DNA of 64,000 nt, from assembly GCA_963719225.1 (NCBI GenBank), contig CAVRAY010000001.1:2688001-2752000 (forward strand), in the 5' to 3' direction. Positions 40,809 through 50,347 of this stretch are shown one piece after another. Origin of the DNA: Thermoanaerobaculia bacterium. GTDB lineage: Bacteria > Acidobacteriota > Thermoanaerobaculia > UBA5066. The position numbers and the translations under genes are program-made. Below the pieces are notes generated by a model. The model did not search any database. It was not told where the DNA came from and saw nothing but the letters and a program-made list of their open reading frames with translations. Numbering within the stretch: position 1 is the stretch's first letter; the number at the start of each line of letters is the position of its first letter.

Positions 40809-41729
40809 ATGACGGCTTCCATTCTGGACGGGGCGCGTGTCGCACGCGCGATCCGCGCCGAGGTGGCCGACGACGTGGCGGAGCTCGCAGGGCGCGGGGT
40901 CATCCCCTGCCTCGCGGTCGTCCTCGTGGGAGAGCATCCGGCGAGCGCGGTCTACGTCGCGAGCAAAGGCGCCGCGGCGCGCGAGGCCGGGATCGCCGAA
41001 CGCACGCTGCGCTTCCCCGAGACCCTGCCGGAAGAGGTGCTCCTCCGGACGGTCGCCGAGCTCAACGCGGACGACGCGGTGGACGGGATCCTGGTCCAGC
41101 TTCCCCTTCCGAAACACATCGACACCACCCGCGTCCTCGAGGCGATCGACCCCGGGAAGGACGTCGACGGGTTCCACCCGCTGAACGCCGGACGGCTGCT
41201 GCAGGGCAAGCCCGCGATCGTCCCCTGCACGCCGGCGGGAATCCTCGAGCTGCTCGCCCGTGAAGGGATCCCGATCCAGGGGACGAGGGCCGTCGTCGTC
41301 GGCCGGAGCGACATCGTGGGAAAGCCCACGGCGCTCCTGCTTCTCCAGAGCCACGCGACCGTGACGATCGCGCATTCGAAGACCCGCGACCTGCCGGGCC
41401 TCTGCCGGGAGGCGGACCTCCTCGTCGCGGCGATCGGGCGGCCCGGCTTCGTGACGGGTGACTTCGTGAAGGAAGGCGCCGTCCTCGTGGACGTCGGGAT
41501 CAACCGGCTGACCTTGCGCGCCGACGTGGAGAGATTCTTTCCCGGCGACGCCGCGCGCCTTCTGGCTTTCGAGAAGAAGGGCTCGACGCTCGTGGGCGAT
41601 TGCGACCCGGCGACGGCTTTCCCGCGATCGTCCCGCTACACGCCTGTCCCCGGCGGCGTCGGACCGCTCACGATTTCCATGCTCCTCCGAAACACGCTCG
41701 ACCTCTGCCGGGTAAGGCGCCCGGCATGA
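40809..41729 (+). CDS. folD: Bifunctional methylene-THF dehydrogenase/cyclohydrolase
   Basis: GILVQLPLP, KDVDGFHP, PCTPAG, GRSDIVGKP, PVPGGVGPLT. Confidence 0.97.
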   Translation: MTASILDGARVARAIRAEVADDVAELAGRGVIPCLAVVLVGEHPASAVYVASKGAAAREAGIAERTLRFPETLPEEVLLRTVAELNADDAVDGILVQLPLPKHIDTTRVLEAIDPGKDVDGFHPLNAGRLLQGKPAIVPCTPAGILELLAREGIPIQGTRAVVVGRSDIVGKPTALLLLQSHATVTIAHSKTRDLPGLCREADLLVAAIGRPGFVTGDFVKEGAVLVDVGINRLTLRADVERFFPGDAARLLAFEKKGSTLVGDCDPATAFPRSSRYTPVPGGVGPLTISMLLRNTLDLCRVRRPA

Positions 41730-42340
41730 TCCTGAAAGTCGGCCTGACCGGGGGTCTCGCGTCGGGCAAGAGCACCGTGGCCGCGCGGCTTCGCGAGCAC
41801 GGAATATCCGTTCTCGACGCGGACCTCATCGTCCACGACCTTTATCGCGCGCACCGCGCGGGCGCCCTCGCGGTGGCGGATGCGTTCGGGCCCGAGTTCC
41901 TCGCGCCGGACAGCTCGGTCGACCGCCGCAAGGTCTCCGCCCACGTCTTCCACGATCCCGACGCGCTCGCGCGCCTCAACGGGCTCATTCACCCGCTCGT
42001 CCGCGACGAGCAGGCGCGCTGGTTCCAGGAGCTCGAGGCGAAGGGCGAGAAGCTCGGTGTCGTCGAGGCCTCGCTCCTCGTGGAGACCGGAGGCCGCCAG
42101 CGCTTCGACGTCCTCGTGACCGTCTCGGCTCCGACGGACGTGCGCCTCGCCCGGGCGATTCGCCGCAGCGGCGAGACGGACCCGAACGAGCTCATACGCC
42201 GCATGTCGTCGCAGTTCTCGGACGCCGTCCGCGAAGAGGTCGCGGACATCGTCCTGCGCGCGGACGGGACGAAGGAAGACCTGCTCGCGAAAGTCGACGC
42301 GCTGGCGGACAAGCTGCGCGCGCTCGCGGGGAAGAATTGA
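41726..42340 (+). CDS. coaE: Dephospho-CoA kinase
   Basis: VGLTGGLASGKSTV, DAD, LIHPLV. ATGA overlap with folD. Confidence 0.94.
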   Translation: MILKVGLTGGLASGKSTVAARLREHGISVLDADLIVHDLYRAHRAGALAVADAFGPEFLAPDSSVDRRKVSAHVFHDPDALARLNGLIHPLVRDEQARWFQELEAKGEKLGVVEASLLVETGGRQRFDVLVTVSAPTDVRLARAIRRSGETDPNELIRRMSSQFSDAVREEVADIVLRADGTKEDLLAKVDALADKLRALAGKN

Positions 42341-42355
42341 ACAAAGACGATCTTC

Positions 42356-42931
42356 TTAGAATAGGAATTCGCGCGAGGTTCTCAGGCGTTGGAACGCTCG
42401 CGCCCGGTGCGAGCCGTTGTTCTTCTCTTCTTCGCTCATCTCCGCCCAGGTCCTCGTGTCGCCCCTCGGGATGAAGAGCACGTCCCAGCCGAAGCCGTTC
42501 GTGCCGCGCGGGTGGAGTGCGATGGAGCCGCGGACGCGCCCTTCCGCGACGACGACGTCGCCGGAGTCTTGTCCGGGCCGCGCGACCGCGAGGACGGAAA
42601 CGGCCTCGGCGGACCGGTCGGTGAAGCCGTCCAGCATCTTCGCGAAGGCGTCGCAGCCCGCGGCTCCCGCCGTGATCCATTTCGTCAGTGGGCCGGGGAA
42701 GCCGCCCCAGGCATCGACCGCGAGTCCCGAGTCCTCGACGAGGACCGGGACACGGAGAGCACCCGCCGCGACGATCGCCTTGGCGCGGGCCACCTCGGCG
42801 AAGTCGAGGGACTGGATCTCGGGAATCTCGACGTCCTTCACCGCGACCTCCCGCCCCAGAAACACCGCCGCCTCGCGCGCCTTGCCCGCGTTCGAGGTCA
42901 CGAACATCAGTCCTGCGAGCGCGTCCGTCAC
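42356..42931 (-). CDS. rdgB: Non-canonical purine NTP pyrophosphatase (RdgB/HAM1)
   Basis: TSNAGK, EIQ, EDSGL, FPGP, FGWD, SHR. GTG start overlaps the cyclase stop. Confidence 0.9.
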   Translation of the reverse strand: MTDALAGLMFVTSNAGKAREAAVFLGREVAVKDVEIPEIQSLDFAEVARAKAIVAAGALRVPVLVEDSGLAVDAWGGFPGPLTKWITAGAAGCDAFAKMLDGFTDRSAEAVSVLAVARPGQDSGDVVVAEGRVRGSIALHPRGTNGFGWDVLFIPRGDTRTWAEMSEEEKNNGSHRARAFQRLRTSREFLF

Positions 42932-44547
42932 CGCGGGCGAACCGGCGCGCCCTTCTCGTCGAGCTTCACGCGATACGCTTTCAGGCCTTTCGTGAGGCCC
43001 TTCAGGCGCTGTTCGCCGAGGGGCTCGAACACGAAGAACTCGCCCGCGAGCCGGGCCGTTTCCTCGCCGACGACGATCTCGTTCGGGCCGGCGACGTAGT
43101 CCTCGAGCCGCGCCGCCACGTTCACGGTGTTGCCGAGGACCGTGTAATCCACGCGCCGGTCGGACCCGATGTCGCCGACGACGGCGTGACCCGTATTGAC
43201 GCCCACGCGCACCGCGACTTTTCCCTCCCCGCGCCGGGCGCGCTCCGCGTTCCACGCGGTCAGGCTCTCGATGAGCCTCGCCGCCGCGGCCACCGCCCGG
43301 CGGGGATGGTCGGGCTGGCGGATCGGCGCACCGAAGAAGGCCATCACGGCGTCGCCGATGAACTTGTCGAGCGTCCCGCCCTGCTCGAAGATCGCGTCCG
43401 CCGCGAAGGTGAACACGGTCTCGAGAAAGCGCGACAGCTCTTCCGGAGCCATGCCCTCCGCGGCGGTCGAGAAGCCGACGATGTCCGCGAAGAAGACGCT
43501 CACGTCGCGCGTGCGCACTTTCTCGACGCCGGCGGGACCCTCGGAGACGATCTCCTCGACGACGCCCGGAGAGTGATAGCGCGCGAGACGCTCCCGGATG
43601 CGCTCCTCCTTCGCGACGCGGCCCTGCAGGCGCGCGCGCTCGATCGCGACCGCCGCGAAATTTCCGAGCGCGGTCAGGAGGTCGAGATCGTCCGCGGTGA
43701 AGGTGCCGGTCTTGAGGGGGGTGTCGACGTGAAGGGCGCCGATGACGTTCTCGCGGTTCCACAGCGGGACGCACATGGCGGACCGGATCTGCTGGATGCG
43801 GATCGACTGGCCGGCCTCGAAGCGATCGTCGGTCAGGGCGTCGGACGTCAGCACGGCCACGCGCTCGCGTACGACGGTCTCGACGATCGTGTGGGAGAAC
43901 GTCTCGGTCGACTCCGGTCCCGCGCGCCCTCGCTGGCGCGCGAGCGTCGCGACGAGCCGGCCCCCATCCTCGAGAAGAACGACGACGGCGCGCTCGGCCG
44001 GAAGGAAATCGAAGAGCAGGTCGACGACCTTCGAGAGGATCTGGTCGACGTCCGGCGCCTCGATGAGCGTGCGCGCCACCTGGACGAGGATCTCGAAGAT
44101 CTTTTCGCGCGCCTTTTCGGGCGGGGCCCGCCGCCCGGCGAGCGTTCCCCCGACGTCCGTGATCGCAGCGTCGAGGTTGAAGTCGCGGTTGAAATCGGCG
44201 ATCGAGCGGACGAACGTCGAGCTCGAGTCGCTGATCGACTTCGTGGCGACGCTCCTCGTCGTGGGCTGCTCGCGCACGTGAAGCGTAAAGGTGCCGACGG
44301 AGACGACGTCGTTCACCTTCAGGGGCGACTTGGCCGCGAACTCGCCGTTCACCTTGACGCCGTTCGTCGACTTCAGGTCTTCGACCGTCCAGACCCCCGC
44401 GCGTTCGGACAGGAGCGCATGCCGGCGCGACACGGAGAAGTCGTTCAGGACGATTCCGTTCTCGCTCGAGCGGCCGATGGACACGTCACCGCCGGAGAGT
44501 AGGAAACACCGGGTCTGCCCCTCGACCTCGTAGACGATCTCCAGCAT
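42928..44547 (-). CDS. FHA-GAF-class III adenylate/guanylate cyclase
   Basis: FHA (IGRSS..VSRRHA..STNG), GAF (SAMCVPL) and cyclase (FADIVGFS, DKFIGDAVMA, GNTVNVAARLE) motifs. Confidence 0.93.
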   Translation of the reverse strand: MLEIVYEVEGQTRCFLLSGGDVSIGRSSENGIVLNDFSVSRRHALLSERAGVWTVEDLKSTNGVKVNGEFAAKSPLKVNDVVSVGTFTLHVREQPTTRSVATKSISDSSSTFVRSIADFNRDFNLDAAITDVGGTLAGRRAPPEKAREKIFEILVQVARTLIEAPDVDQILSKVVDLLFDFLPAERAVVVLLEDGGRLVATLARQRGRAGPESTETFSHTIVETVVRERVAVLTSDALTDDRFEAGQSIRIQQIRSAMCVPLWNRENVIGALHVDTPLKTGTFTADDLDLLTALGNFAAVAIERARLQGRVAKEERIRERLARYHSPGVVEEIVSEGPAGVEKVRTRDVSVFFADIVGFSTAAEGMAPEELSRFLETVFTFAADAIFEQGGTLDKFIGDAVMAFFGAPIRQPDHPRRAVAAAARLIESLTAWNAERARRGEGKVAVRVGVNTGHAVVGDIGSDRRVDYTVLGNTVNVAARLEDYVAGPNEIVVGEETARLAGEFFVFEPLGEQRLKGLTKGLKAYRVKLDEKGAPVRPR

Positions 44548-44601
44548 CGGCAGGACGGAGTTTATAAGGACCGGGTGAAGCCGCCGGTCCTGCCCGCCCG
44601 T

Positions 44602-45621
44602 TCAGTCGAGCGGAGGCTCGCGCTCTGGCGTTCGGGAAAAGCGCACGCGGACGACCTTCCAGACGGCCACCGGCTGGCCCGCGATCCGTGCCGGCCGGAA
44701 GGTCCATCGCCGCACGGCGTCGCCGGCCGCCTCCGTCATCCCGGCTGGCCCCGGAGAGATCACGTCGATCCGGCCCACGGTGCCGTTCGCCTCCACCACG
44801 ATGCGGAGGATGACTTCGCCGCTCAGATTCATCCGGCGCGCCGCCTCCGGGAACCGGGGATCCACGCGAGTCACGAGGACGGGTGGATCCGCTCCCTCGG
44901 GCAGCGAGGCGAGCGGGGTGCGCGAGAAAGCAGCCGCGGAAATCGGGAATGCCGGCGTCGTCGATACCGCCGGGACTCCGGGCGGCGACATCTGCGCGCC
45001 GGTTCCCCCGGGGCCATCGGAAGGTGCGAGCGGCTGGACCTCCGGCACGATGCCGCGCCCGCCGGGCCCCGACGCAAGGGCCGGGACGGCAGAGGGAAGC
45101 AGGCGTATGGATCGCGCCGGGACGAACGCGAGGATCCTCCCCGCGAGGCGGACGCCGAAGAAATCGTGGTCCGCCAGCACGACATCGACGTTCTCGCCGT
45201 CATCGAGGGTGCCCCACCGCGCCGCGCCGTAGTCGGGGGCGAGCAGGATCGGGCAGGATTCGACCGCGCGCGCCGGCTGGGGAGCGAAAGCCGCGACGGC
45301 GGCCGCTCTCTTTTCGCGCGCCGCACGGTCGGCCATCCGCTCGAAGGAATCGGCGGGAATCCAGACGTCGCGGCCCTCGGCCACGACGTGGACGTGGTCC
45401 CCGAGAGGCTCGCGCACCTTGAGCGCCGCTCCCCGCGGCAGCGTCAGCGCGGCGGCGGCCTTCGGCTCCGCCGAAACGCGTGCCGTCACCCGTTCGAGCG
45501 TCACGACGGCTCGATCGTCGGGCGGCCCGACCGGGGACAGGGCTGCCGGGCGGCTCTTCCGGCAGGCGCCGACGAGCACGAGCACACCGCAGGCGGCAGC
45601 GAGCGCGACCTTGCGCCTCAG
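44602..45621 (-). CDS. Putative lipoprotein with SH3-like region and TonB C-terminal domain
   Basis: Lipobox-like LVLVGAC. C-terminal PRFPEAARRMNLSGEVILRIVV...AVRRWTFRPA. Start uncertain (CTG overlapping the argF stop). Confidence 0.75.
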   Translation of the reverse strand: MRRKVALAAACGVLVLVGACRKSRPAALSPVGPPDDRAVVTLERVTARVSAEPKAAAALTLPRGAALKVREPLGDHVHVVAEGRDVWIPADSFERMADRAAREKRAAAVAAFAPQPARAVESCPILLAPDYGAARWGTLDDGENVDVVLADHDFFGVRLAGRILAFVPARSIRLLPSAVPALASGPGGRGIVPEVQPLAPSDGPGGTGAQMSPPGVPAVSTTPAFPISAAAFSRTPLASLPEGADPPVLVTRVDPRFPEAARRMNLSGEVILRIVVEANGTVGRIDVISPGPAGMTEAAGDAVRRWTFRPARIAGQPVAVWKVVRVRFSRTPEREPPLD

Positions 45622-46541
45622 AGGCGGCCCATCAGCGTGGCGAGAATCGCCTTCTGGACGTGGAGGCGATTCTCCGCCTCGTCGAAAATGACGGAGCGCG
45701 GCCCGTCGCAGACCTCGGCGGCCACTTCCTCGCCGCGATGCGCGGGGAGGCAATGCATGAACACCGCATCGGGATGAGCTCGGGCGAGAAGCTCGGTCGT
45801 GACGGTCCATCCTGCGAAATCGCGCGCGCGCTTTTGCTGCTCGGCTTCCTGCCCCATCGAAGCCCACACGTCGGTGTAAACGACGTGCGCCCCCTCGACC
45901 GCTTCCTCCTTCGAATGCGTCAGGAGGAGCGTCGTCCCCGCCGCGGCGGCGTCGGCCCGCGCGTTCGCGGTGACGGTCGCGTCCGGCTCGTAGCCCTTCG
46001 GCGTCGCGACGGCCACGTTCACCGAGCACTTCGGCCCTCCGTACATCAACGAGTGCGCCATGTTGTTCCCGTCGCCGACGTACGCGAGCCTGAGAGAGGC
46101 CAGCTTTCCGAACCTCTCGCTCATCGTGAAGTAATCGGCGAGGGCCTGGCAGGGGTGGAGGAGGTCCGTGAGTCCATTGACGACGGGGACCGTCGCGTGG
46201 CGGGCGAGAGACAGGACGGTTTCGTGGGCGAACGTGCGAGCCATGATGCCGTTCACGTAGCGCGAGAGGACGCGGGCCGTGTCGGCGATGGGCTCTCCCC
46301 GCCCGAGCTGGATGTCGCGCGACGAGAGGAACTGCGCGGCGCCCCCGAGCTGCGTCATCCCCGCCTCGAACGAGACGCGCGTCCGCGTGGACGACTTCTC
46401 GAAGATCATCGCGAGGATCTTTCCGCTGAGCGCCGTCCGAAACTCGGCCGGGCGCGCCTTCATCCGCGCGGCGAGGGCGAAGAGCGCCGCGACGTCGGCG
46501 GCGGTCAGGTCGTGGATCGAGACGAGGTCCTTCTCGAGCAT
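45618..46541 (-). CDS. argF: Ornithine carbamoyltransferase
   Basis: STRT, HPCQ, YTDVWASMG, HCLP, ENRLH. Confidence 0.96.
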   Translation of the reverse strand: MLEKDLVSIHDLTAADVAALFALAARMKARPAEFRTALSGKILAMIFEKSSTRTRVSFEAGMTQLGGAAQFLSSRDIQLGRGEPIADTARVLSRYVNGIMARTFAHETVLSLARHATVPVVNGLTDLLHPCQALADYFTMSERFGKLASLRLAYVGDGNNMAHSLMYGGPKCSVNVAVATPKGYEPDATVTANARADAAAAGTTLLLTHSKEEAVEGAHVVYTDVWASMGQEAEQQKRARDFAGWTVTTELLARAHPDAVFMHCLPAHRGEEVAAEVCDGPRSVIFDEAENRLHVQKAILATLMGRL

Positions 46542-46551
46542 GTCTTCCCTT

Positions 46552-47835
46552 TTACACCGGATCGCGCACGAGCGGCATGGTCATGCAGCGCGGCCCGCCG
46601 CGTGCCCGCGACAGCTCCGGCGCCGAGAGCAGGATCGCGTGCTTGCCGGGCTTTCTCGGGTCGAGCGTCTCTCGTCCCAGCAGGAGATCGTCGTCCGCGA
46701 CGACCGCGTATCCCTCGCGCGCGAGGGACTCGGCCGTGCGCTCGTTTCGGTCGTAGCAGAGGATGATCCCGGGCGCGAGCGCGAAGACGTTTGCCCCGTC
46801 CGTCCACTGCTCGCGCTGCTGGTCGATCGGATCGGAGCCGCCGCAGAGGATGGGAACGAGGTCGATGCCGAGGGCCTTGAGCGCCGACAGGAGGTCCTCC
46901 CTGGTCGTCCACGTGATCTCACGCGCCGTGAGGTCGGCCTCGTACACGTCGGCCTCCTCGGCGCCGCCGGAAAGGATCATCGGCCCGTAGCAGAGACACT
47001 CGCCGGCCGAGATGCGCGTGAACACCGTATCGAGGTGCATCGTCGCGCGCTGGGGAGGAATGGCCACGACGAGGATCTTCCTCACCCGCGAGCCTTCCCG
47101 CTTCAGGGCTTCGGCAAGGCGTTCGATGGTCGTCTTCTCGGTCCGCTCCGAGTAGCCGATCACGAGCACCTCGTCGGAGAGGACGAGGACGTCCCCTCCT
47201 TCGAGCGTGGGCCTCATGCGCGCCCAGGCGAGGTCGCGCCCTTCGCCCGCGGCGAACTCCTGGAACCAGAAGCGCGGCTCCGGTCCGGCGAACCGGGGAT
47301 GCCGGGCGAAGACCGCCCCGGACAGCAGCGGCTCCCGCCAGCGCGCGCGGGTCGCCATCGAACCCCTCACGACGCGGTCTCCCACGACGGTGGCGGGATC
47401 GCGCTGGAAAAACCAGTTCGGGAGCGGCGGCAGGAGGTACAGGGAGTCGAGAGAGTCGGAGATCGTGGGCTCGGCGCGCTCGACTCCTTCCACGAGGCCC
47501 GCCGCGAGCCGGCCGGCGGGAAGGTCGTTCAGCGCGAGGAGGACCGCGGGCGGCCAGGCGAGGAGCCGCCCGAGCTCCGAGAGCACTTCGTTGCGAGCGT
47601 CGGGATCGCGAAGGACTTCCTCGAGGAGCTCCTGGACGTCGATCACCTCGTCCGCCACGAAGCGGAGCACCTGGCGGAACCGCCGGTGCTCCTCGCGCGC
47701 CCGGGCTCCGAACAGGATGTCGTCGAAGAGGAGGTCCTGCATCATCGAGGGCACCATCCGGTCGATCTCGCGACCGGGCTCGTGAACGAGGACCGAGCGC
47801 AGGCGCCCGATCTCGGAGTCGACACGGAGGGTCAT
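46552..47835 (-). CDS. arcA: Arginine deiminase
   Basis: VDSEIGRL, LLFDDI, FQRD, LEGGD, MHLDT, EQWTDGAN, RARGGPRCMTMP. Confidence 0.93.
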   Translation of the reverse strand: MTLRVDSEIGRLRSVLVHEPGREIDRMVPSMMQDLLFDDILFGARAREEHRRFRQVLRFVADEVIDVQELLEEVLRDPDARNEVLSELGRLLAWPPAVLLALNDLPAGRLAAGLVEGVERAEPTISDSLDSLYLLPPLPNWFFQRDPATVVGDRVVRGSMATRARWREPLLSGAVFARHPRFAGPEPRFWFQEFAAGEGRDLAWARMRPTLEGGDVLVLSDEVLVIGYSERTEKTTIERLAEALKREGSRVRKILVVAIPPQRATMHLDTVFTRISAGECLCYGPMILSGGAEEADVYEADLTAREITWTTREDLLSALKALGIDLVPILCGGSDPIDQQREQWTDGANVFALAPGIILCYDRNERTAESLAREGYAVVADDDLLLGRETLDPRKPGKHAILLSAPELSRARGGPRCMTMPLVRDPV

Positions 47836-47900
47836 GGCGGTCTCGAACGGCGGCTCGGGCCGCCGCCGGGATGCTAACCTGAACGCCGAAGGATCGCGCC

Positions 47901-48062
47901 GTGGAGGATGTCGAGTTCATCGTCTGTCTCAACTGCGACACGCCGTGCTACTTCTTCGAGTACGAAGAGGCGAAGGGGATCACGAGCGCGTTCTGCAACG
48001 TGTGCGGAAACGACGAAACAAAGGAGTTCCGCCTTCCCACGGACGACGAGATCGAGGAGTGA
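47901..48062 (+). CDS. 53-aa acidic CxxC...CxxC protein (not in the ORF track)
   Basis: GTG 47901 to TGA 48062 gives MEDVEFIVCLNCDTPCYFFEYEEAKGITSAFCNVCGNDETKEFRLPTDDEIEE. Host-like codons; 5 bp upstream of purB. Confidence 0.75.
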   Translation: MEDVEFIVCLNCDTPCYFFEYEEAKGITSAFCNVCGNDETKEFRLPTDDEIEE

Positions 48063-48067
48063 GCCAG

Positions 48068-49522
48068 GTGAGCGACTCCCCCATCGACCGGTATGAAAAC
48101 CCGCTCACGAGCCGGTATGCGTCCGCCGAGATGTCCGCCCTGTTCTCGGCGCGGTCGAAATTCACGACGTGGCGCAAGCTCTGGCTCTGGCTCGCCGAGG
48201 CGGAGCGGGAGCTCGGGCTCCCGATCCCCGAGGCCTCTCTCGACGCGCTCCGCGCCCACCTCGTCCCGACCGAAGCCGAGCTCGCCGCCGCCGACGGGTA
48301 CGAGCGCGAGACGAAGCACGACGTCATGGCGCACCTCCACGCCCTCGGCGACGTCGCTCCCGCGGCGCGCGGGGTTCTGCACCTCGGCGCGACCTCGGCT
48401 TTCGTGGGCGACAACGCCGACCTCCTCCTCCTGCGCACCGCCCTGCGTCTCCTCGCGAAGCGCACGGTGCGCGTCATGGGACGCCTGGCGCGGTTCGCGC
48501 GCACGTACCGCGACCTCCCCTGCCTCGGATTCACGCACTTCCAGGCCGCGCAGCCCACCACGGTCGGCAAGCGCGCGTGCCTCTGGCTCCAGGACCTCGC
48601 TCTCGACCACCGCGAGCTCGTCCGGCGCGCCGACGAGCTGCGCTTTCTGGGCTGCAAGGGAGCCACGGGCACGCAGGCGTCGTTCGTGGCGCTCTTCGAC
48701 GGCGACGCCGACAAGGCCGAGCGCCTGGACCGCCTCGTGGCCCAGAAGGCGGGCTTCACGGACCGCCTCCTGATCTCCGGCCAGACGTACACGCGCAAGC
48801 AGGACGCCCTCGTGCTTTCGGCGCTCGCCGGCCTCGCGGCTTCGGCCTCGAAGTTCGGCAACGACGTCCGGCTGCTTCAGCACCTCAAGGAGGTCGAAGA
48901 GCCTTTCGGCAAGAAGCAGGTCGGCTCGTCGGCGATGCCCTACAAGCGCAACCCCATGAAGAGCGAGAGGATGAACGCGCTCGCGCGCTGGCTGCTTTCG
49001 ATCTCGGACAACGGCAACTGGACGCACGCGACGCAGTGGTTCGAGCGGACTCTCGACGACTCCGCGAACCGGCGACTCGCGCTCGCCGAATCCTTCCTCT
49101 CGGCCGACTCGATCCTCCTCCTCTGGGACGCGGTGACGGACGGGCTGGTCGTCCATCCCACCGTCGTGAGGCGCCGCCTCGACGCCGAGCTGCCCTTTCT
49201 GGCCACGGAAAACATCCTCATGGCGGCGGCCAAGAAGGGCGGCGACCGGCAGGCTCTCCACGAGAGGCTGCGCGTCCTCGCGCAGGCCGCGGGCGACCGC
49301 ATGAAGGCCGAGGGCGGTGAAAACGATCTCCTGTTCCGCATCGCGGGCGATCCGGCGTTCGGCCTCACGCCGGCCGAGGTCATCGCGGCCTCCGAGCCGG
49401 CGCGGTTCATCGGGCGCGCTCCGGAGCAGGTGGACGAGTTCCTCGATGTCGAGATCGAGCCCATCCTCGCGACGGACCCCGAGGCCGCCTCCGGCGAGAC
49501 GCGCGAAGAGGTTCGCGTCTGA
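48068..49522 (+). CDS. purB: Adenylosuccinate lyase
   Basis: YENPLTSRYAS, HDVMAH, FTHFQAAQPTT, GSSAMPYKRNP. GTG start at 48068. Confidence 0.96.
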   Translation: MSDSPIDRYENPLTSRYASAEMSALFSARSKFTTWRKLWLWLAEAERELGLPIPEASLDALRAHLVPTEAELAAADGYERETKHDVMAHLHALGDVAPAARGVLHLGATSAFVGDNADLLLLRTALRLLAKRTVRVMGRLARFARTYRDLPCLGFTHFQAAQPTTVGKRACLWLQDLALDHRELVRRADELRFLGCKGATGTQASFVALFDGDADKAERLDRLVAQKAGFTDRLLISGQTYTRKQDALVLSALAGLAASASKFGNDVRLLQHLKEVEEPFGKKQVGSSAMPYKRNPMKSERMNALARWLLSISDNGNWTHATQWFERTLDDSANRRLALAESFLSADSILLLWDAVTDGLVVHPTVVRRRLDAELPFLATENILMAAAKKGGDRQALHERLRVLAQAAGDRMKAEGGENDLLFRIAGDPAFGLTPAEVIAASEPARFIGRAPEQVDEFLDVEIEPILATDPEAASGETREEVRV

Positions 49523-49570
49523 AGAGAAGAAAAGAAAAAACATTTTGTTTCGGAAATAGAAGAGGAAGAG

Positions 49571-49669
49571 GGATTTTCTTAGAAGGTGAATGAGCTGGCT
49601 GCCCGCCGCGCAATCGACGCTCAACGGCGCCGCCCGCGCCGCGCCCTATTCACTTTCAAAGAAATCTTC
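49571..49669. repeat. Imperfect ~21-bp inverted repeat pair around a GC-rich core
   Basis: +49571 GGATTTTCTTAGAAGGTGAATG versus the reverse complement of 49647-49669, GAAGATTTCTTTGAAAGTGAATA. Confidence 0.75.
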
Positions 49670-50341
49670 TCGTCTCTTTTTGTCTTGATCCTCATCGCCT
49701 GCTCATCACAACCGCGGCCCGCACCGCAGACAACTTCTCTCGCCCCCCCTTCCGCAGAGCGCGGGCTCGCGTCGTGGTACGGGAAGGAATTCGACGGGCT
49801 TCCGACGGCTTCGGGCGAGACGTTCCGGCCCGAGAAGATCTCCGCCGCGCACCGCACGCTGCCGCTCGGCACGGTCGTGGACGTGACGAACGAGAAGAAC
49901 GGAAAGACCGTGCGCGTGAAGATCAACGACCGCGGCCCGTTCGTCGCCGGCCGCATCGTGGACCTTTCGAAGGCAGCCGCGCACGAGATTGCGTCCGTCG
50001 GAGACGGCGTCGTCCCCGTCACGCTTCGCGTCGTGTCGCTCGGAGACAACTTCCGCGTTCGTGCCGGCTCCGACGAGCCGCCCCCCGTGACCGCCGCGAA
50101 CACGGCGACGCGTTCCGAGCCCGGCGCATTCGCCGTGCAGGCCGGCGCGTTCGGAGACGAGGCGAATGCGGTCCGGCTGCGCAACCGACTCGCCGCGCGC
50201 TACCCGAACCCCTTCATCGAGGAATACCAGGGACTCAAGCGCGTGAAGTTCGGTCCTTACCGGACGCGTGAAGAGGCCGATGCCGCGCGGGAATCTCTCG
50301 GCGACATGGGTCTCGCCGGCGTCGTCGTGATCTACCGGTAG
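49586..50341 (+). CDS. rlpA: Septal ring lytic transglycosylase RlpA family lipoprotein (DPBB + SPOR)
   Basis: LIAC lipobox, GLASWYG, TASGE, AAHRTLP, INDRGPF, and SPOR motif VQAGAF. Start uncertain. Confidence 0.92.
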   Translation: MNELAARRAIDAQRRRPRRALFTFKEIFSSLFVLILIACSSQPRPAPQTTSLAPPSAERGLASWYGKEFDGLPTASGETFRPEKISAAHRTLPLGTVVDVTNEKNGKTVRVKINDRGPFVAGRIVDLSKAAAHEIASVGDGVVPVTLRVVSLGDNFRVRAGSDEPPPVTAANTATRSEPGAFAVQAGAFGDEANAVRLRNRLAARYPNPFIEEYQGLKRVKFGPYRTREEADAARESLGDMGLAGVVVIYR

Positions 50342-50347
50342 ATTCCT

